DNA of 64,000 nt from a virus (IMGVR_UViG_3300021387_000573:32001-96000); one strand, 5' to 3'; positions 28,866 to 42,242 are shown, numbered from the stretch's first letter. Translations and numbers: made by a program. Notes: generated by a model not told the origin, from the sequence alone.

Positions 28866-28940
28866 TTTCATAATGCAGAGCACACCGGAAAATCCGGTGT
28901 AATGCAGCCGAAGACCGTTGCAAGCCGGTTGTACTGGAAA
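28866..28940 (+). ncRNA. Twister self-cleaving ribozyme (circularly permuted, P5-type)
   Basis: P2 TGCA/TGCA; GA-GCA pairs with L4 TGC (T1); P1 CACCGG/CCGGTG; U^AA at 28900/28901; T2 GC/GC; P4 ACCG/CGGT with loop TTGCAAGC. Confidence 0.8.
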
Positions 28941-31900
28941 ATATGAATGGAGGTTTACATATGAGCAATCGAATCCCGAGAAACGCCACCCGTTTGGAAG
29001 TTACCTGGCTGGTCGGCTCCAATGCTTGTCCGGCAGGAACCACAACAGAGGTTTGGAAAGACAGCTTTGGCTGGCATGAACAAATCGGCGGAAAATACTA
29101 CAGCGTTTTCCCTGCGCATCTGCGCAATGAAAACGTCTGCAAATTCAAGGTGATCGCATGATGGAAAATACGATGAACATTGAACCTGCGTCCATACTGA
29201 GCTTGGAACAGTACATAAATGTACTCCACGATCGCATAGAGAGCGATCCGTATATGGAAAGCGCGTACACCGTAGAGGACAGACACAAACTGTCTGGCAT
29301 CCGCGAGGCGCTGGGGCTGCTTGGCATCCACCTTGTCGAAAACGAGTATGGATACATCGAATGTGTGAGGGTGTTCTGATGGAAAAAATGGACAATATCA
29401 TCACTACTTACGCGCCGGAAACGGACATGACTTTCATCCTGGAGGATGACGAGTATCACACTAAGGTGATCGGTTGGTACTATGGCGAGCCGAACGTATG
29501 GGCAACAAAGCTCTTCGCCGGAAAACTTGAAGCCACATACAGTAAACCAAAGAGGTGGAAAACATGAAATATCCCGTCGAATGCAACAACTGGTATCTTT
29601 TGGACGTGGACTCCATGGAATATTACAGAGTGACGCCGGAAGGCCATGAATTCATCGACATGACATGGCTTGACGGAGACGAGGAAGACACATACGCCGT
29701 CTGCACTAATCTGGAAGAGACGGAAGACTTCTATCAAGCTGAGTATGACTTTCAGGATCTTCACCACACAGATAGCTATTGTATCTCCGGCATCGTAACT
29801 AAATCAGAATCGGAAAGAATTATTCTGGATTATATCCAGACACATTAAGGTTTCTCTGAGGGTTGAGCCTATCAGCCCTATCCCATGCAGATAAAACATG
29901 ACTTGGAAATTTTGAAGGAGGATTTACAAATGCGTATTCACGAGGATAACAGTTATATCAACAACAAACTGATTGCCGGTGGGCTGATGCGGAAAATTCC
30001 GCACTCCATCCGTCTGGACGTGGGTTACACCGAAGAGCAGAAAGCCGCGAATAGAGCCTATGCCGAGAAGGTTGGGCTGAACAGCCAAGAATGGAAGGAT
30101 TCTTGCGAGGCAGCTCGTCAGCGTCAGGCAGAGGAAAATCTGAAGATCGTGGAGTATCTCTCGGAGCATCTTACTGTCGGCGCGTTTCGCATGGAAAACT
30201 TGGACGATTGCGACCTCTGGTTCTGGTGCAATGACCTGTACAATACTTGCCACGATGGAAGATCCGGCAGAGATTACAGTTACATCACCCTGTCTTTTGT
30301 CCGTGACGATGCCGATCTGAACCGGAAAAATTGCAGACGCGCTATGGAACTTCTCGCTGTCTATCCTTGTGATCTCATGCAGGCCACGATCCAGTGGAGC
30401 CAGGAGGAACGCAAGGAAAACACGACTCGCGTTGCGGAGAAAATCTTCCAGACTTATGCTGGTAGGTTTGTCAAGCTCGGAAACACCGAAGGTAAGATCG
30501 AGAAGTGGGATAACGGTTATATCTTCAAGAAGAAGTATTCCAAGAAGTATGCCTATCGCCTGACACCGCTGGAAATTTGCAGAAGTTTCTACTGCCAGGA
30601 TGAAGTTGCCGCAGCGCTCGCGGCCATGTGATTGGAGGATTTGAATGACAGTCAAAGAGTTTCTTTCCCTGTGGGCGGATAATCCGAGCATCAAAATCAT
30701 GCAAATGCCGATCAAAAAGATTGACAAAAGCAGCGACCCTGTTCATAGACAGACAGCTCTCGTTTCGGAACTTTTGAAATCCAATCAGAACTATCTGGAT
30801 TTTGAGATTGCTTACTTCCTGATGGATGACGATCTGCTAATCGTCGTCTGCAAAGCAAACGAAGAGCAGGCAAGAAAAACGGTCGATGCCTATCTTGAAG
30901 GCAGATGATTGGAGGATTTGAATGGGACAGCATAAATATAATCCGACAGCCATCGCCGCAAAGAACGGGGAGCTTCCGCCGAAGCCGCCGAAAATGAGCA
31001 AGCGAGAGCGCGAGGCGGCCCTGTACGCAGCCATGGAAAAAGCTATGCACGAGAAGGGTTTGCTGACGCCGGACGATCTGCTGAAAGTCGGAAACATTGA
31101 GAAGTATTATTAAATTGAATTGGAGAATCTGAAATGGATAGAGAAATTGTGGAAGAAATCATCTTCGGCATGGTCGATATCATCAACGAAAACTATCGGC
31201 TCAAGAGAGAGCTGAAAGAAGCCAAGGAGTATGAGCGGAAGTATAACGATCTGCTTGACCAGAGCGTGAAGAATGCCGCAGCCGGACAGAAAGCTATGTT
31301 TGAAGCGATCCTTGCCGGTACATTTGCATCTGGAAAATCGGACTGATTTGGAGGATTTGATATGGATTCTTGGATTGATGCATTCGTGAAGTCTTACGAG
31401 GAAGAACAGCAGAGGCATATTAAAGAGGTTGATCCTGCCGTAGAGCTTGGCGCTTGGAAAAAACCATATGGAAAGATCTGTGAGTTTGAGGGCTCCAGAC
31501 AGGTTGCCGTCATTTATTACGGAACATGTCCTCATTGCGGTGAAGAATCCGCAGTCAGTTTCAGGTTTGGAACATATGCCGATCCGGAGTACCCACCGTT
31601 CTGCCCGGAGTGCGGCCAGCAGGTGAAGACGATCATGCCGAAGCGATAAGGAGAATTCGACATGGCAGCAGCGTACATCAAAGTGTTTTGCAATGGCGAA
31701 CCTGTTCGGACATTTGGCGGAAATAAAAAGGAAGTCAGGATAATGTGGGAAGCGTATGAAAACATGACTGTAGAAGAATTTGTCACGAAACATCCAAGAT
31801 TTGCCGGAAAGTGCAAACACAGAAAACATATCGTTGTGATGTTCAAAAAGAAATGAAATATGACTTTTATCGGAGGTGGAAAAATTGATTGCTGCAAGAC

Positions 31901-33018
31901 CTAAAATCGCCCGTTATGGCGTGGAAATTCTGGTTGACGAGACACGCTATCAGAATAGCGTTTTGTTTTACGACACCGAAGCCGAGCGGGATGCTGTCGC
32001 AGAAAGTTTGAAGAACATCGTGCCGATTCGCAAGTGGGCAACAACGATCCCAAAAGCAAACTGTGTTCCCGGCTGGCTCGTTGTGGAAAATTCGATCAAC
32101 TTTATTCAGTGAAAGGAGAACATATTGGTACGAGAGATTAAAACCATTCGTGACGCAGCGCAGGAATGGGTGCGCGAGATGAACGCTTATCCCTATGACA
32201 TGATCGCCAAGCTTATGGCCAACGATCCGGACGAATGGCGTGAGGTAACGAAGCCGTCTGTCGGAGATCGCGTGTGTGTCTATAACAAAGGCGAGGGCGA
32301 AGTCACAGGCGTAGAAAATTTGGATGACGAGCCGGTGTATACCGTCGAGCTCGATAACGGCAATCTTGCCGCCTGCAGTGAGGATGATTTCGAGCTGCTG
32401 TTCGATGACATTCTTCCAATGTGGGGAACGCTCTGGAGCTTCGGAGATTCCTGTGATGACTGGTGGCTGGAGGAAGACAACGGCATCGAGCTTATGTCCC
32501 GCTGCGGCTTCCGTGTGTTCCAGTCGGATGATTTCGGCTACTTCTTCGGCATCGACGGCGCCGGCTACGACTTCTATGAGGCGCACTGGATTCCGCTGTA
32601 CAAAGCTCGCGGCCTTAAATGGCACTCCGTAGAAGATACCAATTGATTCGTTGTAAATCCAACATACAAATTACAACAAGGAGGAAATGATCTTGGAAAT
32701 TTCCATGTGGAACATCGAAGATATGACCGGCTATCAGCCGAAGACCACCTTCTGGATGGACTTCAGCATTGCCGATAAGTTCGGCAAGGGTGCCGTCATG
32801 GACACCTATCAGAGAGCATTTGACAACTGGAAGGATGATCCCATCTATCTCACTGAGCTTGTCATGGTGCTCAACTGGAAGCTCTGGGAGCACCACGATG
32901 CCGGGAATGCTGTCCTTGCAGAAACCTACGACAAACTCTGGAGCGAAGCGGACGAGTATGCCATGGACAATCTGACAGGAGAAGATCTCAGCTACTTCCT
33001 GAACACAACAGACTGACC

Positions 33019-33041
33019 GTAGGGGCGGATATCATCCGCCC
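33019..33041 (+). repeat. Solitary REP-like palindrome with GTAG foot
   Basis: GTAG-GGGCGGAT-ATC-ATCCGCCC immediately after a stop codon. Confidence 0.5.
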
Positions 33042-36000
33042 GCATACATAAAAAATTAAGAAAGGGGATTGCCTTGGAAACCTTTACATTCGATGCTTAT
33101 ATGGCCTATGGAGACACGGAGAAAACCACCTTCGAGATCAATATTGATCCGCGAGATAAGGACCTTGCAACACGCTTGCGCAATGACATTGTAAAGAAGG
33201 TTGGAGCGGAGCCCGTATTCTGTAATGATCTGACCGGAGAACTTTGGATGTTCGACATGAAATTGGGCGACGGCCTGTGGCTTGAAAACATTCATCCAAG
33301 CAACGATCTGAAAACAGTTCGCGCTGGGCTGTATAACGCGGAACATTATCGCCCTGCTGATTGGAACACCATTCCAACCGTACCGATTGACGAATAGGAG
33401 GGAACAATGTACATACACCTGAAAGACGGAACTGGTCGTCTGATCGATAACGATAACGCCGAGCGCGAGCTGCGCGACATGCTGGAGGAATACTGCGGCA
33501 GGGAAGCGCTGGACTGCCTGGATTACGTCCTGGATCTCAAGACCGACGAGATCGAAGAAGAATTGAGGAAAGAATATGAGGAATTCGGAGACGATGAGCA
33601 AGATTGATACAGAGTTTTCTGGTCTGGTTTATAGATATAGACTTGATAAGGAACTGCTTGGAAAACATCCTGAGAATAAGGAACTTTTAGAAAGAAGAAT
33701 CAGCAGACATAAGGATGATATCATTAATCTTGTTACTTCAGATGAGTTTTTGAAGAACTATAGTCAGAGAATGGGAAAATAAAAGGAGGATTTCATTATG
33801 AATGGGATCGATGCGAATGTTGCTTTTATTCCGGTTAGATGTATTTCAACCAGAGATTCAAAGCCGGATCAGATCGAGGTTGGCAGAGCATATATAATCG
33901 ACAGGCTTTCTATCTGGCTTGACGCAGACGGAGATGCCTACGGCGTCGTGTATGATGCAGCGCGGAATAGAGTAGGGCAGATGCTTCTGTCCCATTTCAC
34001 GAGCGTATAAGGAGGTTATATCTATGGATAGTTTCGTTTTAAAGGCATTGAAAGCTTTAAAATGGCATGATGATCGGCCAGGATTTGATGGAGTGGTCAG
34101 GCATTCTACCGGAGTTGACGATGTTTCCGTTTGCGGTACAAGAATCTATATCCGATATGATGTAACGGCCAATACTTGCATTGAAAGCGGAATGGACGAT
34201 GGGACATTTAGCGTTTTCGTTCAATTCCCGAACAATAATTTTATCAAGGAAACGGTCGGCTCTTTTGAATCAGGGAAGAAAAGATGCGAAGAACTCAGAA
34301 AAGAGTTCTGGAACAAGTGGTATAAAGAGATTGAAAGGATGTTCGCATAATGAACAGAAAAGATATTAGAATTTGCTCTTGTGGCAGAATCCACTTCATT
34401 GATTCCGGGATCATTGACGAGGCGCTTGAACAGAACAAGAATACGCTTGTCATTTGCGGCGGCTGCGGCAGAACCTATGTGATCGGTGCAGACATTGAAC
34501 CGGATTGGTACGAGCCGGATAAGATGTGCTACAACATGTATACGAGCACATTGTTCCACAATGGGAGCGAAGACCCTTATATCTTTGATCAGAAGTTCTT
34601 TGAGACAGTAGAAGGGAAATTCAAAGGCTTTCACAAGGTTATCATCGATCCTGGCAAGAGAGTCATGATGGACACCGGATACTATGCGACTGCCTATGAC
34701 AACGGCAGCGGTATGTTCTATGACATGCAGTATCCTGATTTCTGGAAGATCAAAAAGACGGACGAGCTGGAGGATGTTCTGCTTTTCATTAACAAGTTCC
34801 AGCGAGATATGAAATCCGTCAACATGAACTGGCTCCTGCGTTCTCTCACGGACGAAGAGGCGGAACAGCTCTCACACTACGGCGTAAAGGGCCTGAACTG
34901 GAAGGGAACAAAGTGGGAGACCGAATATAACAGTCGATAAGGAGGCTTCTATGGCAAGTAAGAGAAACGCCAGGTTCCTGGATGCTCAGAATTTTATCTA
35001 TGAACTGCGCCAGAAATGGTATCAAACCGAAGAACAGATGGAACGACACAATGCAGAAAACGGTAAAGATACAACGTATTATATTCTTCTTGGCCGTTGT
35101 GACGCTTTGATGCAGGCGGTAGATATGGCAGAAGAATTCGCAGCCGGCCAGTACGCTGTAAAGTACGAATAAACAGTAGTAAAGGAGAAATCTATTATGG
35201 ATTTTATGGATGCTCTGGTTGATGGTTTTGTAGAAGTTCAGAATCAGCTTGAACCAGACTATGGCTATTTGTGCGATATTCGCGGCAATCCGACAAAGCG
35301 CCACCCGATGTCATATCCATATAGTTACGATGCTTATGTAATTTGGGCTAAAGAGTACAAAGAAAATGATGATGCGGTTTACTCAGACAGGCTCTATCAA
35401 TGGGATTCAGAAAAGTATGATCGTTGTTGTATGGAAGTGTGGAACGACAGAAGGCAAGTGTTTAATAGAAGCAATCCCAAGGATATTCAAAAGTTTCTTT
35501 CGTTGTACTTTGGGGAAACGGTAAAACTGACTGGAATTGAAAAGGGATGCAACGTTTCAACTGGATGCCCATATTGGGTATTCTATTATCGAGCCGAATA
35601 AAAAGAGGGCAATTCTATGTCGATTCATTGCGATGATATTGATTGCTGTGACTTTTGCACAGATCTTTCTTGCGATGTCAATCCAAAAATGTTTGCGGCG
35701 ATGTATGCTATATATAAGTCAAGCGAAGATGATGGCAATGATAGTACAGAATAAAATTGTCACTTCATCACGAAAATAAATAGAAATATCGTGCCTTTTA
35801 ACACGTTTTTCTATGGATAAAGTGCAAAATTTTACACATTATCCGCGTTTATCAATAGAGGATTAGAACTGGCAATCATTGTTCATTGAATTATGTAAAC
35901 TTTGGTGATAATCTTTTGACGTGAACAAAGAAGATCTGATAACTGCATAATTCAATGAAAGGGGACTGCAAAATGAAAGAACTGTATACATTCAAGCGGA

Positions 36001-36498
36001 GCAAGAACGGTGAAATCAGTATCAATCCAGGTGGAAGCTATAAGGATGCCTGTGATGCAGGAAGTCTGCGGAAAGCGGTGTTGTTTGCTGTCCTGTGGGC
36101 ACTTGGCAGCAGAGCCGGGCAGCTCGACACGGCGGACAAATCTGAATTCCTGGACGATCTGTTGTTTCCGGATGGAGACGCACCGGTAGATTACAGCTTC
36201 GGACGATCCGTACATAACGAGGAGGCGACTGTTGTAGTAGATGAAGGATGTGATCTGGAGGCGGAGGCCAAAGATGTGTTCAGTTTCATGGACGCATACC
36301 GCAGCAGAATCCTTGTAAATTTTGAGTTCCTTGCCAGTCTGGTCGAGTGTGAAATGAGCGCAGGGGTGTTTCTCCGGAAGAAGGACGAAGTGGAGGGCTG
36401 TGTTGGCCGATACGAGAAGTTCTATAACATTAGATAGAAGAGCAGGCGGGGACTTATCTCTCCGCCTGAAAAATCTTGAAAAATATTTACATAACTTG

Positions 36499-36551
36499 TT
36501 GACAAATGCAAAATGTTCTGATAGAATACAAGAGGGTCGAACGAAAGACCC
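36499..36551 (+). promoter_or_regulatory. Sigma-A promoter in the conserved box plus a leader hairpin
   Basis: TTGACA-17-TAGAAT, then GGGTC-GAACGAAA-GACCC. Confidence 0.7.
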
Positions 36552-36622
36552 GTTAAAATAGCAAGCAAAACGCAGTCAAAAGAAACTAAATACACAAAAT
36601 ACGGATTGTATCGGGAGGAATT

Positions 36623-36829
36623 ATGGAAAGAGGATATGCTTACGGGATGCGCCTGCGTGGATTCAGCCCCGGTGCTCAGCCGATGGGGACTTTTCTGGAT
36701 CGCATGGAGGACACGACAGGGAAGTATCACGATATTCTGATCTACTCCGTCCCTCTGAAAGAGGAGGCGGTCAGACAATACGACCTGGATTACCTTGGCC
36801 GCGCCGTGACCGAGTGGATCATTCAGTAA
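36623..36829 (+). CDS. DarA C-terminal domain-like small protein
   Basis: YGMRLRGFSPGAQP...GKYHDILIY..PL.EE.V.QYDL pattern. Confidence 0.45.
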   Translation: MERGYAYGMRLRGFSPGAQPMGTFLDRMEDTTGKYHDILIYSVPLKEEAVRQYDLDYLGRAVTEWIIQ

Positions 36830-39800
36830 GGAGATCAGAATGGGAACCATATGCAGAAAACTGAATATAGAATGGACATGCCATAATTGCAGATACCGAA
36901 AGCGAGGATCACAGCAGGCACCTTGCCGGTGGAGCATAGGCTGCCTGCACAGCAACGGCTGGTGTTATGAGTTCAAACCAAGGCTGTCCCTGCTGTTTGC
37001 CGAGCTATTTCACGCGAAAAGATAAAACACGAATTTGATATTGGATAGGAGATAGATGAGAATGACTAATTGTAATAACAATTTTGGAATCCAATATTTA
37101 AGCAATCAAGAATTGGCCAAGAAGTTAGAGAATCATGCCAAGTATTACTGGGATTATTGGGATTTGGAGGGGTTGCACTTGGTCAAAGAAGATACTGCCC
37201 AGCTTTTATATGAAGCATCCAAAAGATTAAAACAAGTCCAATGAAACGCGAGATTTATAAGAGGTGTGCATGAAAAAGCACTGGGTTATCGACGCTGAAA
37301 TCAACATGTGCGCGAACAAACATCTGATGATCTATGTGGATGCCAAAACAAAACGGCTCGCCTTGATGAAGGCAGAGAAGCAACTCGATGAAAAGAAGAA
37401 GACTGGAGAGCTTTTCTTCTACATGATTGAGTCATGCACGCAGTTAGAAGGAGATAAATAGGGTAGATGCATATCAGACTTGAATTAGATCCTGCGCCGG
37501 TGCGGCATATCGCGGTGCAATGCCCGTCCTGTAAACGCTGGTTTCGTGGTCAGGAGATATCCGACAACTGGATTCAGTTTGAACACGAGATCAATTTTAC
37601 AAAGTTTGATTGCCCGGTTTGCGGTCATTCGTTCGGCGCTTTCGAGTACGGTGATGAAATCATCATCGACACAGACTATAAAGACATCTACGAAGGGTGT
37701 CTGCAAAAGAAAGAAACATGGGAGTAAAGGAGAGAACATGGAACTTAAAGATTTGTGTGGGCAGCATGTTTTGCAGGGTGTTGATTATGGCATTAAATAT
37801 ACGCGAGACGCCTGGTACGGTGGTACGGAAGAGGTAACGGGAATTCTTTTCCGAATGGATGGTGTTTCGTACCTCGCCATTGAAGACCCCGACGATGGTT
37901 ACAGAAGCCGGTGCGAAGAGCTCGTAGTCGTCAAGGAAATTCCGAAGACCAGACTTCCGGATGTACCTGTGGTTTGCAGCATGATGAAAGATGACCACTT
38001 TGAAAGAAATGATGTACTCGTTGTGAGAGACTCGCAGACCGGGGAAGTCGTCTTAGAGGTCGGAACAATGAACTGGGATGACTGGTATCCTTATTGCCAT
38101 TTTGAATATCATCCCGAGAATCTTGCGTGTAACCAAGGCAGATAGGAAATAAAAGATAAGTTTTATTCAAAACAAAGTGCCCATACCATGGGCGTTTCGA
38201 AGAGGTGAAAAATGGGGTTTTACGTCAGCGGCGTTGACGCGCCGAAGAATTGCAAAGAATGCGGGCATGATCTTGCCACCATTGCAAATTGTGTTTATAC
38301 CAAGCGCTTGGTTCTTCCGGAAGAGCACGATATGTCCAGCGGTAGACATCCCCTGTGCCCGATTTCCCCGGTTGAAACGCCGCATGGGAGGATGGTTGAT
38401 GTGGATGCGACGGACATCTACCGCAGAGAAGAACGTGCGTATGTAGACATCGAGGATTCGCCTTTTAGCGAGTATCTTGAGGGCGTTAAAGATGGCTTGC
38501 ATGAAGCGGCAAAGTGCCTGTCCACGGCCCACACCATCATTCCGGCAGAACGAGGAGGATGAACTATGATCGAAGTCAGTATTCCGGCCAGTTATCGCAG
38601 ATGCCAATGCTGCGGCGACAAGGCTTTTCGTGAGTATACGTTCCGGCTCTCCAACCAAGGCACGCAGATAGCCCTGTGTCATAACTGCATCAATATCCTG
38701 AACGCGCTTACCAATTATCCGCCGTTAGACAGGAGGGAACGCAATGACACAAAAGAATAAACGCCTGTTCGATGCGGCGCGTCTGATCCTGAACGACGGA
38801 TGCCCGCCTGACCCAAAGCAATACATATGCCGCGTCAGCGAATGCTTCGACGAGACGGCTTGCACCCGCTGTTGGGATGAATATCTGCTCCGAATTGTGA
38901 ACGCAAAGGAGGACTGACGTATGGGTGTATATTTCCCGAACATGAAAATGCCAAGATGTTGCTATGAGTGCGACCTGTGTTACGATTGCTTTTACTGCAA
39001 AAGCCTTGAGGTCAGTTTCTATGATCCGCAAGACAGTGCATTTATCCCGGATGGGTTTGACCCGGCAAAGGAAAGGCTTCCAAACTGCACCGCCTTCAAC
39101 CTCCCGGCACACGGAGATGTGATAGACAGACAAAAACTGTATGAGAATTCATGGGATGATGAGTCTTTGGCAGACGCGGTTAGATATGCACCGGCCATCA
39201 TTCCGGCAGAGGAGAGTTATGCGTAAAACAAACTACGATAATTTCCATGAAATGAAACCGTATGAATTGGCTGATTTTCTGGCTCAGTTGATGGATTGCT
39301 GTTTCAACTCCGGGCGTTGTGGCGAATGCGATGAGGAGTGCCCGATGTATGACTGCTGCAATACCTGCGGTGTTGACAACGTGGAAGACTGGTTGATGCA
39401 GGAAGTAAAATGCTGAAAAGATATACTATGAATCTCGATGCAGTTTATGTTCGTAGCTCAGATGGTGAATTTCATCTGCGTGCAAAAGCGAGTCAAGAAA
39501 AGAAATCCGCTACACACTATGACCTGCTTATCCGCAAAACGTCGGATGAGATGGCGGAGTTTCTAGAGAAATTGACAAAAGGATTTATAACGCCGTCTGG
39601 CTGTCCGAAGACTGGCTGCCATAGTGAGAGTTGCAAAACTTGCTGGCTTGACTGGCTTATGCAAAAAGCAGAATGAAATGTGAGGTTTATTCGCATGAAT
39701 GATACGACCCTGGAGCTTATCTATGCGCTAAAACGCCGTAATTATGAAAAAGATACGCTGTTAGATGAAGCAATTGCTTTTCTCGCCTCGTACACATGTA

Positions 39801-40033
39801 CTCCAATCGGATACTATAACGAAGCCGAGATGGGGCGTATTGCACAGATGGTATTCGTGGACTACTTAAAAACCGCACGCAATCCTGCATACGAAGTCCA
39901 AAGATTCTTTGATATTTTTAATCGCAACGGTAATACGACTGCAGCCATTCTTGAATGCTTGCGGAGCACACAGGTTAGAGATGATAACGGATACATCAAT
40001 GGATTCAGAGAAGGAAAATGGTAAAAGAAACAA

Positions 40034-40456
40034 ATGAAGATAACCGTTATGAACCGGCGCGATGCCGTTCGGTACAGTTTCCATCCTCAGCAGGAGAAAA
40101 CATCCGTCATTTCGATCAGCACACCGGGAGAGCAATACCACACAAGCGTTTACACGAGCCCGTATAACGGCATTTCTTCCGTGCTGCGCCTCTGGTTTGA
40201 TGACGTGGAGAGTGGGAAGGACTGCATCAAGAAAGAGGACACCGAGAAGATCAAACAGTTTGTCAAAGCACACAAAGAAGATTCGATCATCGTCCATTGT
40301 GATGCCGGCGTTTCTCGCTCCGCCGGGATCGCTGCAGCTCTGATGAAATACTACAACGGAGACGATACTCCGATCTTTGATAATCCAAGATACTGTCCGA
40401 ACATGCTATGCTATCGGACAATGCTGAACACGATGATGGAAGGAGATAGATCATGA
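40034..40456 (+). CDS. Protein tyrosine/dual-specificity phosphatase family protein
   Basis: HCDAGVSRS (HCx5R) and LWFDD. Confidence 0.85.
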   Translation: MKITVMNRRDAVRYSFHPQQEKTSVISISTPGEQYHTSVYTSPYNGISSVLRLWFDDVESGKDCIKKEDTEKIKQFVKAHKEDSIIVHCDAGVSRSAGIAAALMKYYNGDDTPIFDNPRYCPNMLCYRTMLNTMMEGDRS

Positions 40457-41283
40457 AGAAATACGACGCGCTCGGCGAGCGCATGAAAGGCTATGAGAAC
40501 GTCACGCGCACCCATCTGATGCGCCGCTGTCCAGTCATCATCCGTATCGACGGCAAGGCGTTTCACACCTTCACGAGAGGCTTTCAAAAGCCTTTCGACC
40601 CCATCCTTGTGCAGTCCATGCAGGAGACCATGAAGTATCTCTGCGAGAATATCCAGGGCTGTGTGCTTGGTTATACGCAGTCTGACGAGATTTCTCTGGT
40701 GCTGGTGGACTATCTGCGGCTGAACAGTTGCGCGTGGTTTGATAACAACATCCAGAAGATGGTGAGTGTTGCGGCCAGCATGGCGACTATGGCTTTTAAC
40801 AGATTCTTCTATAGGAGTGTTACTCAGTATAAAGAGAATATTCGAGAATACTTGGATGAAAACGGAATGTTTCGAGAGTATTCAGACGAGAATCCGTCCT
40901 ATTTAGTTATTTATGATAAAGCAATTGAGGGTGGCGCCACCTTCGACGCCCGCGTGTTCAACGTCCCAAAGGAAGAGGTCTGCAACAATATCCTCTGGAG
41001 GCAGAACGACGCCACAAGAAACAGCATTGAAGCTGTTGGACAGGCATATTTCTCTCAGGCGCAGCTCCACGGCAAGTCTTGCAACGAGATTCAGGATATG
41101 CTTATGACAGAGAAGGGTCTGAACTGGAATACGATCCCGGAGCACCTGAAGCGCGGCTCCTGTTGTATCCGTCTGACAGATCAGGAGACCGGCAGAGGTG
41201 AGTGGTTTGTTGATAAGAACCCGCCTATTTTCAAGGGAGACGGTCGGCAGTACATTGACAACCTGGTCTTCGTAGGGGAGTAA
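40453..41283 (+). CDS. thg1: tRNA(His) guanylyltransferase Thg1-like protein
   Basis: RMKGYE, IRIDGKAFHTFT, YTQSDEISL, FDAR, WRQ.DATRNSI. Confidence 0.9.
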   Translation: MKKYDALGERMKGYENVTRTHLMRRCPVIIRIDGKAFHTFTRGFQKPFDPILVQSMQETMKYLCENIQGCVLGYTQSDEISLVLVDYLRLNSCAWFDNNIQKMVSVAASMATMAFNRFFYRSVTQYKENIREYLDENGMFREYSDENPSYLVIYDKAIEGGATFDARVFNVPKEEVCNNILWRQNDATRNSIEAVGQAYFSQAQLHGKSCNEIQDMLMTEKGLNWNTIPEHLKRGSCCIRLTDQETGRGEWFVDKNPPIFKGDGRQYIDNLVFVGE

Positions 41284-41684
41284 GTATGAGAGCAATATTC
41301 TGCATTATATTGGCTTACTACTTGTTTCGTGTGGCCGCAGCCATTGTGCCAGGTTTGAAAACGGATTTTTACCGTGGCTTATTTATGCTTGCGTCTTTTA
41401 TAGCCGTTCTTTGCGGTTCGATTTTGGCTGCTATGGGGAAGTGAAAGAGGTTTATTCATGACAGTAAAAGAATTGATTGAACATTTAAAAAATTTTGATA
41501 TGGATCTTCCCGTTGTTAGTTATGAAGGCGAAGAATTTAGTGTTGTCAGGTTAAACGATGGGAGCAACGATGTTGCTGGCAACAGTTACGATGGTGAACC
41601 ATATGTGATTTTGAAATGAAATGCGAATTTTATCATGAAAAAAGTGCCCATGAATTGGGCGCTTGTAAAAAAGGAGAAGTGAGA

Positions 41685-42242
41685 ATGAAAAAGAGAATTA
41701 TTGCTTTTGTATTATTGTTTATGCTTTTGCTTACCGGTTGCACGGAGTATACCCCTACCGGTTCCGAACAGGACGTGCAGAACACGAAAGAGGCAGCAAA
41801 TACAATTCAGGGAAACCAGGCGACGCCTACAGATCTGAATTACTCTTTGGAGCGTTACAACTTGATCCGTCGTGCCTATTGGGTAAATGGACAGAGAGAA
41901 AAGGCAGACGCTTTACCTTGCGAAATCGAAAAGCCACTTGGCTATATCGTCTTGTTTAGTGGCAACGCTGCGGTCGGGAGTTTTGTCGTTGATGGAAAAG
42001 TTTCAAGTCTGAATAGCTACCTCACGCCGGACAGCGAGTATTTTGAAATTACAACTGGTTGCACGACTACTTATACGAATAAGTGGTTGGCTGATGTTGA
42101 TGGTACATACGGTCAGAATGATAGCGGCATCTTCTTCTTTACACCGGATGGCAAGTACATCGAGTGGTCTGGCGATTATCTGTACTCCGACATTCCGTTC
42201 AAGGTTGAAAATCCTGTCGTCAATTATGAGGTGGTCGGATGA
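41685..42242 (+). CDS. Putative lipoprotein
   Basis: MKKRIIAFVLLFMLLLTGC lipobox. Confidence 0.65.
   Translation: MKKRIIAFVLLFMLLLTGCTEYTPTGSEQDVQNTKEAANTIQGNQATPTDLNYSLERYNLIRRAYWVNGQREKADALPCEIEKPLGYIVLFSGNAAVGSFVVDGKVSSLNSYLTPDSEYFEITTGCTTTYTNKWLADVDGTYGQNDSGIFFFTPDGKYIEWSGDYLYSDIPFKVENPVVNYEVVG

Larger units (their letters stand above)
24094..35601 (+). other. Array of about 40 small co-oriented hypothetical early genes
   Basis: Closely packed ORFs with GGAGG RBSs, e.g. 24094-24348, 24646-25011, 25653-26024, 27291-27575, 29929-30631, 32125-32646, 32687-33016, 34350-34940, 35197-35601. Confidence 0.7.

Noticed and set aside
29849-29905. Possible ribozyme in an intergenic hairpin (AGGGTTGA/TCAGCCCT)
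   Set aside because: Only a single hairpin; no known consensus matched
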